DNA from: Proteromonas lacertae
Lineage: Eukaryota
DNA length: 64,000 nucleotides
Reading direction: 5' to 3'
Assembly: GCA_002245135.1 (NCBI GenBank)
Contig: NGBS01000882.1
Location: 62,001 to 126,000, forward strand
The notes under the pieces were generated by a model. The model saw only the letters and a list, made by a program, of their open reading frames with translations. It was not told the origin of the DNA and searched no databases. Shown here in pieces: positions 12,152 through 26,900 of the stretch (position 1 is its first letter; each line of letters begins with the position of its first letter). The translations under genes were made by a program, and so were the position numbers.

Positions 12152-13041
12152 ATGGGTCATAGATCTACATCTAACTCAAAAGATCATCACCATCGTCATC
12201 ATCATCATAGCAGTAGTTCTTCAAGCAGTAGATCAAGAAGTAGATCTCCACATCCACAACCAAAAGGTATCTTATTCTATTTTCATAGTTATTATTAGAT
12301 GAAGATGCAAGACATGCAATTTTGAACGAAATAGAAAAAGAAAAAAAGAGCCAGGAAGAAGAAGAAAGAAAAAGGATTGAAAAGATAAAGCAGGAGTATT
12401 TAAAAAGGCGTTTTAATCGTGCTGATAAACGTGAAGATAGAAATTTCAATAAAGATTCAAAATCAAAAGAAAAAGGAGAGGATGAAAATAAAGAAGAAGA
12501 AAAGCCAAAGGAAATAGTAAAACCAGATTTTGGTTTATCAGGAGCATTAGCATCAGATGCAAGAACTGGTAATATATACAAAGGATTTGTGTTAAAAGTA
12601 TAGAATTTATCATTTATAACGTTTTTATAGTGGAGTGAACCACCAGAAGCAAGAAAACCAACAAAATATTGGCGTTTATATGTATTTAAAGGAGATAACA
12701 AAGATCCACTACAAATCCTACACATTCACAAACAAAGTGCTTATTTAATAGGTCATCAGAAGGAAATATGCGATATATACTTAGAACATCCATCAATCTC
12801 AAAACAACATGCAGTAATACAGTTTAGATTATGGCAAGGTCAATCAACTAAAACAGGATTAGAAGGAAAGAAGATGGTGAAGCCATATATAATGGACTTG
12901 AAAAGTGCCAATGGTACATTCTTAAATGGAGAAAGAATAGAACCAGAAAGGTATATAGAGATACTTGAGGAAGATGTGTTGAAATTTGGAGGTAGTAGTA
13001 GAGAATATGTATTGTTGAGTGATAAGACTGGTAAAGAATAA
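12152..13041 (+). CDS. SNIP1: FHA-domain RES-complex splicing factor SNIP1/Pml1
   Basis: RS-rich N-terminus, KPDFGLSGALA, LK|WSEPPEARKP..WRLYVFKG, HPSISKQHAVIQFR, KPYIMDLKSANGTFLNG, FGGSSREYVLL. Introns 12267-12298 and 12598-12630. Confidence 0.95.
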
Positions 13042-13157
13042 TTATTTATTGTATTTATATTCTGTTTAATAAACACATTTGAGAAATAAGGAAATTTATT
13101 AAATAAAAACATATAAATATGCATTTAATACTTTATAACACGTTCATTTATTGATTT

Positions 13158-15866
13158 TCACATCAAAATACAACAAGATTTTTTGCCACTAATGATTTCT
13201 AAAGCTTTTCTACTTTCTTTCTTGTATGTACTATTTCCACTTTTCACTAATTGATGAATCACTTCCTCACCATTTAAACTCTTAACTGTATTAATATTTT
13301 CAACTATATATAATATAATATAATATATAAAATAAATATACAATTATTTCTACATAATGTTGATAATGCATAACAACTATATTTCACTACCAATGGATTA
13401 TCATTACATAAATTATATAGCAAAGGTCTCAATCCATTATACTTTGATATAATAATCTGTAAACCAGGAGTTTCATTCGCTAAACTTCCTAATAACATCG
13501 CACTCATAGAACTAATCAAATAATCATCATTATTCAACATTTCAATCAATCTAACAGGATAATTAGATGGATAATGATATGATAAATCATTATTTGCTCT
13601 ACTCATTGTAAATAATAAAGTATTATTATTATTGTTATTGTTATTATTGTTAATTGCTAGTGTTGGTATAGATGGATGATGGAATCCACCATTATTACCA
13701 TTACCTCCTGCTGTACTTGATATACTTCTATTTCTATCTAAGAATGGAACAATAATGTTATTATTATCAAATCTTCTACCTCCAACTGGTATTACATCAT
13801 TATTTATATTATTATTATTATTATTATTAATTCCTTCTAATACAAATCGATCAAATGCTCTATGTCTTGCATTATCATCAATATTTATATTTATCCCAAC
13901 ATCATTACCTTCTAATAATAAATCTAAATCCATTCTATTACCTGTGAATCTCCTTCTCCTTCTAGTGGTATTAGCAATTGATGATGATAATAATGTTGAA
14001 GATGAATTATTTCTATTTGTATTATTACTTCTCACATTACTGTTGGTATTGTTAATTGTAGCATTTGGATATAAATAACATAAAAATTCACCTATTCTAA
14101 TTATATGATCTAAATTATTATCACTTAAACAGTAGAAAAATACAGCACACCATCTTAATATTGAGATATTATCACTTGTCACGAATAATGTATAAATCTT
14201 TTCAATTGTATCTTGATTTCTAAATAATGTTTCTTGATTATGTTTGCATTTATAAATGTAACAACAAATGGCATAAATTGTTGTTGATGTTAATTGATCA
14301 TATTCAGTGAATAAATTACTTTTATAAGTATCTATTATACTCTTATCATTCAAATCCTTTTGTACTACACTATATTTCAATGATATATTGGCAAAGAACT
14401 TAGTCATAGATATTTTAACTAAAATATCTCTTGAAAAAAGTAATGAAAAACCAACATTAGGATAATTACATTTCTGTAATACATTTTGAGCATCACGATT
14501 TAAATATACAATATTAGCCATTGTCTGTATTGCATAATATGTGGTCAAGCCTAAGTTTGGTGTAAAAAATGATTGTAATGTTTTTCCTATATCATCATAA
14601 GGTAATATTATATTACAAATAGATCTATTCTTTACGATTTGTGAGAGTAAAAACAGTGCTGGTGTTTGTGTACTTCCATTTTGATTAATATGTAATAATA
14701 TTACACTCTTTACAGCTTTTACATTCTCTTTATCTAATGTGAATTTACAGTTGTATTTACATATTACTCCAAATAAATAGAAACAACATTTCTGAATAAT
14801 TCTTCTATTTATATTGAATAGCTTGATAATAGCTTGTAAACCTTTATTCTCTGTAATAAATTCTTTAATTATTGTCTTTTGTAAATTACCTTTTGAATGT
14901 AAAATAAGATGAAATAATTCTATCAATGCAAAATGAACTATTTTCATATTATCATTAGATAAAAAGGTAGTTAAAGACTTTGTTGATTGTTTAATAAAAT
15001 TAACACTATACAAAGTATTATATCTATATCTAGATAATATCAACGAGCCATGGTTTGACAATGCATAACTGAAATCACAAGTAATATGGACAATTATAAT
15101 TATTAGGAGACATATTGGTAGTATGGTTAATATTAGAACTCGTTAATTGATTGGTTAATATTGCTGCATCAAACTCAGGGTTTGACTTTATAGAAAATTC
15201 AATCATTTTATCTTGTTCACGAAGTATTGAAACTACAGAATAAACTCCATCTTTAGTGATATTGTTATTGTTTAGTAATAGCATATGTAATTCTTTACAA
15301 TATTTCTTAATTAAACCTTCTTTAAGATATTCTAATCCTTTATCATTAATATTATTATTAGAAAGTGATAGCTTTTCTAAATAGTAAAATATTCCCTTTT
15401 TAAATCCAAATATATCTAACACTTTACATCCATTATCACCTATTGTATTATTGGATAAATCTAATGATTCTAAATATTGAAGTAATGATAAATTGTTAAC
15501 AATAATACAAAGGATTTTGGGTGTTAATTTTAAATCTATAAAACATTATATAAATAATAATTATTATTATTATACTTGATAGGTTGACATTATTATGTTC
15601 ATTGCAATTTATATTATTAAATCTCTCATCAATCTCTGATCTATCTATTGCTGGAAATCCTTCATATCTCCTATCATGAACTTCTAATACAGTATTATTT
15701 TCAATGCAATATAAATATTTATAAATATTCAAATTCTTAGGTAATTTTGGAATAATAGATAATAAGAAGAATTGATAATTGACTCTATTCCATTGAATAT
15801 GGTCTAATAATTCACTAATCTTATCTTCTTCATCTTTATCAATAATATCTTCAGATTCAGTAGTAA

Positions 15867-15924
<58 letters not shown>

Positions 15925-18900
15925 GCCATTTGCATTAGTGTTTGTATTGTTGTTGGTTATAGTTTGTAACTGACTGAATTGATGTCCAATTGCATATAAA
16001 CACTCATGTTCACTGAAGACAGTGTAATCTGATAGAATCACATCATCAAGAGTCTCTAAGGATATATTCTCTTTAACTATTTATATAATAATAATAGATA
16101 ACTATACATGTAAATAATATATTATGATATATATTATGGAATAAATCACTCAACACATCTATTTCTTCATCTGTTAAGTAGGAATGTTTAGATGAATTAG
16201 TGATTAAATCATTTAATAATTCCAAGTCATTTGTTCCATACTGTTTAAGATATCTCATTGTTAATGAAAATACTCTTTTTAATCCTAATTCTAAACTTGC
16301 TTTTAGATACAATAAAACATTATCACAACTTAAATATATCTATAAATAATATATTATATATATATACATTATAACCACAAAACCATGGATATAATAATCC
16401 TAATCCACTTACATAATTATCAGGAACTGTAATAATTAATGATTTATTATTACTATTATTCTTATGATAATTATTAATATTTTGTTCTAAGAATGTTAAG
16501 AAGGATGACTGTTGAGATTGACCAATAGATGAAGAGATACTCTTATTTGGAGATAGTATAATATTACTATTATTATTACCACTAGTATTATTGATAGATT
16601 GTATTTCAATATAATTATTAATATTTAACATGGAAAATGGTAATGAATATACTTGATTATTGAAGAATAAACCAATTGGTGTATTAAGTGGAGTATGATT
16701 CACTTTAAATATCTCTTCATAAGGTAATTGTAATTGCCATTCATATGTACATTTAAATGAATTGATGGGGAATCTCATATCATTATCTTCGTTATTGATA
16801 AATTTACGATTATGTATAAAATGATGGAAATTGAATGGTAATATTTTGGTTGTTCCTACAGCAACATTTGCTACTGAATTGGAAGTTGTATTGGATACTA
16901 CTGAAGCTGTATCAAAGGACTTAGTATCTTCATTTGTTGATGATGATAATAAAGGATTATTCCTTGAGAATAAAACAGAAGAAATACTACCATTACTGAT
17001 TGATATTATACCATCAATATATTCTTTCAATAATTCAAATTGTTGTAAGATTGGAATGAAATCATCTTTACATATAAACTCAAATTGAATATGTGATAAT
17101 ATTTCAATAATTTGAGATGATGTAAAAATATTTTTAAATTTTATTAAATGTTTTAATAAACATAATTCATTGGGTATATTCAATCCATTTATACTAATGA
17201 TATGAATGACTAGTTCATTTGATATTTCTTTATTATTGTTGTTTAATTTCATCTTTTTAACCATTTCTTTTTCTATATATTCCAATACTTCCAGACTATT
17301 ATCAATTAAATAATTATCAACTAGCAAATAGGATAGTATCTTGAAGTTTATTCTCATACAATTCATATATATATTTACTTTTCATTGTTAAATTAATATA
17401 CTCTAAACATTGTTGGTTTAGACTAGGAACTATATAACTTAATGAATATTTATAAAAATAAATTACATTCTCTTCAGTTATACAGAACTTCTGCATATGC
17501 AAGCATTTTACAAATACATCAAAGTATTTATCACTGTTAGTAATTACATATCTATAAGGATATAGTGATGATGATGATGATGATGTTGCTAATGAAGAGG
17601 AGGTGAATGAATTATTATTATTCGATAATATAGAGGATGAACTAGATTTATTACTGCTATTGATATTCTTAAATAATTCACGGAAATAATTAGATGTTAA
17701 TTCTAAACAACATCTATTACAATAATAGAGTTTATTATTGTTGTTTTTATCTTCTAATATTATATCACATTTTTCATTATATTCAAAGGGATCGTATATA
17801 CATGAAGGCAATAATTCACACTCTTTTCTTATTTGTTTTAATCGTGTAAACAGTAAATCTAAAGTTATTCTCTTTGATGGTTTTCTATTGATTAAACTGC
17901 TTAATATATTCTGAAATTCACTTGGCCAATAAGGATAATAATTGATAGTTATTATTATTATTATTATTAGGTACGGTGTTGATTGTTGCGGTTGTCGGAG
18001 ATGAATTTGGACCAATAGGATCATAGATCATTTGTAATATTAACCAACCGATTGACCATGAGAATAATCGTTTATAATCTACTTTATTATCTTGATTTGT
18101 CCTTACTTCTGGAGCTGTAGTTAATGCTGATAATAAGAGCGTATTATTCCTCACTTTGTTAAAGTAAATTGAATTAGAAAAATCTGATAAAATCGGCTCA
18201 TTCATATAAGTGACTAAAAATGAGCTAATTTTTAAATCTGTTATTAATATTCCAGACTTATATAAATTATAAAACGCAGGGATTATCTTCAATACCAAGT
18301 CAATCACATAACACAAAGGTCTTGGTGGAGGAATTGATGCTAAAATTAACTCTAATGTTTTGGGATAGTATTCTGTCAATACATAGGAAGTATTAAAATT
18401 AGGTACATGCTTTCTATTTGTGGTTCTGGTACTGAGATCTTTGTAATTACTGTTACAACTACTATTAACTGCTTTTAAAGCTAATACTCTGTCATTTCCT
18501 GATTCTTTTGTAATGTTAAACATATTATTATTACTATTGTGGTTACTGTTCATATCTGCACGATTTGCGTTTGAATTGGTTGATTTCAAGATTGGTGATT
18601 CACCTCGGAGTTGTTCAGTGATTTTATCTCTGAATATACCTATCACATGCATATATTCACCTTTCGGATTGGAGATATCCATCAAAATATCATAATCTTG
18701 TTCATAATACTTTTGTACCAGTTTAGGATCACGGTTCTTGGGTGGTACTAGGACTTTTAAGAAAAATCTATTATAATTAGAATGAGAATTATACAAATGA
18801 TTATTATTAAGCGAAGGGTGTTTTAATGTACAAACATATAAATGCTCTGTAGAAGATAATCTTCGCTGGTAATGTAAATTCAAAAAATCAAGTCCTATAT

Positions 18901-19297
18901 GGCCACATTTGAACATTTGCCATAATCCCTTCTGAAAACCTTTAATTTCATGCACAGCATCATGCATACAGTTTACACAAAGTGGTAAATTACAAGTTTC
19001 ACATTTTGTTGTGTTGTATGAACTGTGACAAACAAAACATAGTTCTACATAGATTATAAAAATATAAAAATAATACCCCCAGAACCTTCTTCATATGGTG
19101 GAAGATCATAGAAGGTATGATTTGTGTTACATCCCTAATGACTATAATTTGTAATTCTATACATTTCGGTGAAGCTCTAAACTACATTTGTCACACAAAT
19201 ATGAATGGCATTCTGGACAGAAAGTATTGGCTGTTGAATGACATTTCAAACAAATTCTAAAGACCATGTTAATAAATATCAATATATACCTTGCCAT
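13158..19297 (-). CDS. About 1970-aa multidomain protein: 2 B-box zinc fingers, pseudokinase, BTB/BACK-like x2, LRR, ARM repeats, C-terminal CaaX (KKSCCILM); needs three +1 frame corrections
   Basis: ATG at 19297. Introns 19257-19289, 19135-19162, 19045-19076, 16340-16367, 16077-16107, 15536-15575 and 13304-13341. Frame breaks near 17918-17950, 17317-17345 and 15075-15095. After removing introns and 3 nt, 5907 nt = 1969 codons. Confidence 0.7.
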
Positions 19298-19578
19298 ATA
19301 TATAAATTATATATTTAGTTTTAATTATCTATCTACTATAAACAAATTAACTGGTGGCTATGAGAAAAACAGAGTTTTAAAAAGAGCAAATGGTTTTGGG
19401 GTTTTTAGAATATTTTTTCGCTCACCCATTCGTTATTTTTTGTTTCTTTCAGTTATAATTTGATTTTTATCTTTAACTGTGAAGAAATAAGCAGCTTGGG
19501 TTTGTGGATATGAGATTTGTAATAACCATTAACACAACATAAATATGTAAATTTATTAATAATATTAGATTTAAAACA

Positions 19579-21219
<1,641 letters not shown>

Positions 21220-21282
21220 AACCTCTAAAAAGAAGATTCAATTTTTAATTTCGAAACGGTCCTTTTTTTTCTTAACTGGATT

Positions 21283-21773
21283 ATGTCTCAGCATATGGTT
21301 CTTCTAAGTAAAGAAGTATTTGGGAAAAAATATTTTCTATAGGAACACCTGGCATGGGATTCTTTACTTGAAAAAGTCAATCAATGCCAAGAAAGCTATG
21401 AAGACACTTGGAACAGTCCAGAAGAGTTTTTTGAATTATATAATTCTAAAGTATATAATTTTGTAAATTAATCTATCAGATTCAAAAACAATTGAATGAA
21501 AGTGAAGAAATGTATAGAATAAACCATTTATTTAAGTAGATCTCCTGAAAAAATTAATAGTCCTTATGATTCTATGAAATATATTTCAAAGAGAAAATTA
21601 CAATCTTCACTCTCGAAAGACAAATTATTAGATTCAGAAAGAAAAATGCAGAAACAGCAGAAAAAGAGTGAAGAACTGAAAGTATATATATGTTGCGATT
21701 GTAATAGATGAAAATTGAAGAGATGAAACAACAAGAGATTTTGAAGTTCAAACAGAGAATGAAGAGAAAATAG
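21283..21773 (+). CDS. Small coiled-coil hypothetical protein (about 126 aa), 5 exons; absent from the ORF track
   Basis: ATG at 21283. Four 26-29-nt GTAT..AG introns give one open frame MSQHMVLLSKE|EHLAWDSLL..|..|..|MKIEEMKQQEILKFKQRMKRK, ending TAG 21771-21773. Confidence 0.7.
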
Positions 21774-21951
21774 ATTTAAATAATAATTTAATATGTATTT
21801 AACATTTGTATTCAATAGTTTACCCATTAATAGTGTGTTTCTATGCTGAGGAAATGAAGAATAAAAAAAGAGCGCCAAAACTCTAAACGAGGCTAATTTA
21901 ATATGTGATGTCTATTAATTTAATTCTGCTTTTGTTTTTTAAATTTTTCTC

Positions 21952-23278
21952 ATGAACGACATAAATTCACTCAAAAATATACTTCTAAAGTATCATGCTA
22001 TACGCAAAAGACACATGGCTAAAAGCAGTGATTGATTGTATTAGTCAAAGTTTAACTTCGTATAACTATTTTATCTTTATATTACTAGAAATATAAATGA
22101 AAATGCGAAGTTAATTTTTGACTTTTTTATAAATACAGATATTTCACTCTCATCAAATCCAATTCTCACACAAATATCAAATACACAAAACAACACAAAA
22201 ATTGTTACTCCACTACTGCTGCAAATAAATAAAATAATAAATGTAGCAGAACCAGTTCATTCTAGAGAAGAAGAATCGAATAATAGGTTATTGAAGTTGT
22301 TATTGACAGATGGTACTAATTATATTACTGCCTATGAACATTCACCAATACCAAATTTAACTACAACAACGCCAATTGGAACAAAAATACTAATTAGAGA
22401 ATCTTTATATAATTATGGATATATTGAGTTAAGACCTGAATGTGTGTATGTAGTAGGAGGTCATAATTATAAACAACCATCCTCTTATAGCAATAACCCT
22501 CCAAATTTTCCTTTAGTTATAAAACAAGAAATAAAAAATGAAATACATACATAATAATAATAATAATAATAATAATAATCCAGTGATAGTAGATATATCA
22601 CCTGATTTATCTCAACAACAACAAAAGCCAATAAAAGAAATAAAACCAATTTCAAGACCAATTCCAATATCCAATACATTATCAAATAATGAAAATAATA
22701 ATAATTATGATAGTAATTCAATAAAACGATCAATTCAACAACAAATACAATCTATTAACAATAATAAAAGAATTAAAATGAATGATATTCCTATAGCATT
22801 ATCTCCACCACCACCAACAACTACTACTACTATTTCAATTCCTATTACTTCTTCTTCTTCTCCATTCACTACAATCAATGAAATAACTACACTATCAAAA
22901 CCACAACATTTCTACACTATGGCAACTTTAGCTAGTGTTATTCCTGGATTTCAATTCTCTAAAGGAATATATGAGTTAAAAGGTTATATTGAAGATGGTT
23001 CTTCAAGAGTTGAAGCAAAAATTAGTAATGAGTGTTTAAATGATATGTTCAAAATAACAGCTGAAGAGTTGATGATTATTGCTAGAAGTGGATCTAGTGC
23101 CAGAGTAAAACTGCAAGAGATAACGGGTAATTTTTCGAAAATTTTGGGTAAAACAGAGGGAATGTTTGAAATGAGTTATGATCCAAGCTCATCTCCTCAA
23201 TTTATGGTGTTAAATGTATCTAAACCTTCAATTGATATAATGGAGCAGTTTTATCAGTCTATTTTACTTAATTTATAA
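21952..23278 (+). CDS. RMI1: RecQ-mediated genome instability protein 1 (RMI1); needs +1 correction near 22550, and near 21998 if ATG 21952 is the start
   Basis: N-terminal WLKAVIDCI, LLQINKIINVAEP, RLLKLLLTDG..ITAYEHSPIPNL...PIGTKILI (OB1), and C-terminal OB2 (GYIEDGS). Intron 22060-22088. Confidence 0.85.
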
Positions 23279-23293
23279 AAATTCACAAAACAA

Positions 23294-23310
23294 TTTTGTT
23301 ACAAACAAAA
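23294..23310. promoter_or_regulatory. GU-rich 3'-end element (TTTTGTT on +, TTTTGTTTGT on -) between convergent genes
   Basis: Similar TGTTTGT-like motifs follow many stops (1561 +, about 5570 -, about 36395 +, about 40515 -, about 51350 -). They resemble the Blastocystis TGTTTGTT polyadenylation-associated motif. Confidence 0.45.
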
Positions 23311-23400
23311 TAATAATATAATAATATTTACATACAGATTGTTATTATAGTTTTTGTGCTATTTTTAATTAGAAAAAATGTAATTTATATGTGTATTGTT

Positions 23401-24155
23401 TTATTTGGTTTTTGATTTCTTGGATTTGTGTGATTTAGAATCCGATTTGTCTTTATTTGATTCATCCTTTTCTATTTCATCGTGTTTCCTCTTTTTCTTC
23501 AACTCCTTTTCTTTCTGTTTAACAACAATCACTGTTTCTTTCTCCTCCTCTTCTTTTTTCTCTTTTTTCATCTTATGTTTCTTTCCTTCCTTGTTTTCTT
23601 TCTTTACTTCATCCTTTTTATTATCTTCATCATCATTATCATGTTTATGGGTTTTGTGTTTATGTTTCTTTTCTTTTTTACTTTCAGATTTTTCATCATT
23701 CTCTTTACTCTTCTTTTTCTCTTTTTTCTCTTTCTTTGATTCCTTTTCAGATTCTTTTTCTTTCTTCTCATCCTTCTCTTTCTTATGTTTGTGTTTGTGC
23801 TTATGTTCTTTTCCTTTTTTTGCTTCTTCTTCTTCTTTCATTCTCATTATTTTGGGTGGTAAATAACTAGGCTTTTCTTTCTCTTCCTCTTCATCATCTT
23901 CATTTGTTAGCTTTATTAATTTTGGTGTAAATGTGCCTTCTCTCACAAAATGTTTGTATAAAGCTAATTATTGATCATAATATACTAAAATACGATTATC
24001 TGGGAGGGTACTATCTACTTGATTATCTGGCATTACTAAATTACGTCCACCTAATCCAGACTAAAAAGTGATTATTGGATCTCTATTAATACCTTCCCTC
24101 TAGATGAAAACTGTGACAATTTTTCATGATATGCAGCTAATTGTGAATCATTCAT
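23401..24155 (-). CDS. Lysine/glutamate-rich, probably nucleolar protein, 3 exons
   Basis: ATG at 24155. Two mini-introns (32 and 30 nt) lead into ORF 23401..23946. Contains GK|SGLGG, LYKHFVREG and a KKE-rich tail. Confidence 0.7.
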
Positions 24156-24328
24156 TATTCTATTTCTTTATTGACTAGTTGTTCAAAATGCAAAATATAA
24201 ATGAAACGAAACTATTTTTATTATTTGTAAAACAACTCAATATATCAATAATTAAACATTAAAACATCTCAAAAACACGAAAAATAAGCAAAATAAACAT
24301 AAATTAAATAATTGAAAATTGAAAAAAT

Positions 24329-26801
24329 CTACTTCTTAACAGGTTTTGCATGTCCTGATTCTTTTAAGTGTTTAAATAATTGATTCCTTGTATTAAACGC
24401 TTCATCACATTCTATACACTTAAATTCATTCTCTTTCTTGTTCTTTTTACCTTTTCCTTTGATATTCTTACTTGATTCACCTTCATTCACATCATCATCT
24501 TCTTTTTCTTCATCTTCATCCATAACATCAGTTTTTTTACCTTTCTTTTGTTTCTTTCCTTTACCAGGTAGTGGAATACTCTCTAATATCTCTTCTACTG
24601 GATTAACTTCCACTTTATTCTTCTGTTTCTTTGATTTTGTCTTTCCTCTAATTTGTTTGACATTTATCTTTTCTTCATCATCTTCATCATTACTTTTATC
24701 ACTTCCACTTTCATCATCATCATCATCATCAGATAATTCAAATTTATTTTTCACTTTTTCTATATCATGTGTATCTTCCTTCTCATACACTATCTCTTTA
24801 TCTTCTTCTGTAAATGATACATGTTTATTATTATTTCCATTTTTTTTATTATCTTTTTCAATAGTTTCTTCTTCTTCTTCTTCTTCAGTGTTAGTATTTT
24901 TGCCTCTTCTCTTATTCTTTTTATTGGATTTGTTCCTATTATTCTCTTCAACAGCTGCTTTTGAAGTAGTTTCTTCGTCATTATTATCATCTTCATCTCC
25001 TTTATTTTTTCTTCCTTTATTCTTTTTATTCTTATTTTTATTCTTCTTTCCAAAATCTTCATCAACTTCGACAACTACTGTTTCAATTTCCTTCTTATTC
25101 TTTTTATTCTTTTTCTTATATTGAATTGAATTTACATCTATTTCTTTTTCTTCTTTTATTTCTTTTTCTTCCTTCTTTGGTGTTTTATTTGATTCTGGTT
25201 TGGGTATTTCTCCTTCTTTCTCTAGTTTTTCTTGTAGAATTGGAGGTAATGGAATATTCTTATTCTTTTTATTGTTCTTTTTTCCTTTCTTTCCTTTCTT
25301 CTTGTTATTAATATTACTTTCATCATCTTTATCATCTTCATCCTTTTCTTTTTCTTCTTTTTCTGTTTGTTTTACATTCTCTTTTTCTTCCTTTTTATTG
25401 CTTATTTTATATTTCTTTAATCCTTCTTCAATATCCTCAGTATTATCACCTTCGCCATCATCACCAGCAGGAGTATTAGTGGTAGAAGGTGTTGTAGGTG
25501 TCATTATCTCATATATTTCATCAATTGTAACACCACAATTTTCACATTGAGTTGGGATTTCATCATATATTGTATCACATACTAAACAACAGTATTTCTT
25601 ATAACACACTTTATCATCAACACTAATATCACCACTACCACCATCTTCAGATTTCAATTTTTCTTTCAATATTTTCACATTTTGTATATGTTTCTTGGAA
25701 TTTTGATGATTTTCATACTGTTTATATGCTTTAAATTTCTTTTTACAAGCTTCACAGTAATAAACATCACCTGATTTATTCTTCTTTTCATTTTCTTCAT
25801 CTTCATCAGCTAATCGAAAGATTTTATTCTCTTTTGAATAATTATCCATTTCTTCCAATTGTTGTGCCATTTTAATTCTTCTTTCTTCAGCTTCTTTTCT
25901 TCTTTGTTCTTCTTTCTCTTCTCTTTCTTTTTGCAAACGTTCTTCTCTTTCTTTTTCTTCTTTTTCTAATTCCTTCTTATATACTTCATATCTTGGATCT
26001 CTATTTTTGCAGAATAGTATCAATTGCTTTATTTCATCATTAAATTGTTTCTTTTCTGTATATCTTTTCTTTTTATTCTCTTTTTCCATTGCTCTACGAT
26101 ATTGCCTATTAGGTGCCTAATTATAAATTACAATAAACATACGTCTGTTGTATCATATTCATCACACCAAGCAAATGATTTGACTGTTGAAAAATTGGAC
26201 CATTTTGTATAGAATTCTAATACTTTAGCTAAATCAGTGGCTGAATTACCAAATGATGGATAATCTGGCGCATCTTTACTACTTTGCCTATATATATTAA
26301 TTATTAATAAAAACAATACTTTTCTTCTTCAACAACTTTATCAAAGAATTGTCTATATACTGTGTAAAAACCATCCACTTTATCATCAAAACCACCATAT
26401 GCTGATGATGAGAAAAATGGCCAGACATTTACAGTGTGACCACCTGTTGCTTCATCACCTGTAGCATTATTACCTCTTAATATATCTTCTTTGTGATCGT
26501 TATACCAAGCACGTTCATGAGGATCAGATAACACCTAGTGATATATATTTGTTGTTATACTTGATAAGCATTGAATATTTCTTGAAAAATTGCTTTTGCT
26601 TCTTCCTCTCTATCGGCATTTTTATCTAAAATAACTTAAATATCATATACCAGGATGCCATTTCAATGCAAGCTTTCTATAACTCTTTTTCAATTCATCA
26701 TCTCTATTAAAAATCAATTTAATAACATTTGCATACGTAGCATCATCAGATACTCCTAAAACTTCATAGTAGTCTCGATGGATCCTTTCAGATTTAGACA
26801 T
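24329..26801 (-). CDS. DNAJC21: DnaJ with C2H2 zinc fingers, DNAJC21/Jjj1, 6 exons
   Basis: J domain [77 protein letters not shown], terminal C2H2 ([18 protein letters not shown]). Five introns of 25-33 nt. Confidence 0.95.
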
Positions 26802-26900
26802 TTCCGAGTTATAATTTTTAGCTCGGCTTGGTATAATACATTGTTAACGTGTATTATAATTTGAATTTAAAAATTCAAAAATCAAAATTCAAATTTAAAA

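Noticed and set aside
15868..15924. (ATT)n, (TTG)n and (TA)n tracts here and elsewhere
   Set aside because: Ordinary microsatellites encoding poly-N/poly-Q or expanding introns. There is no spacer structure, so this is not CRISPR-like.
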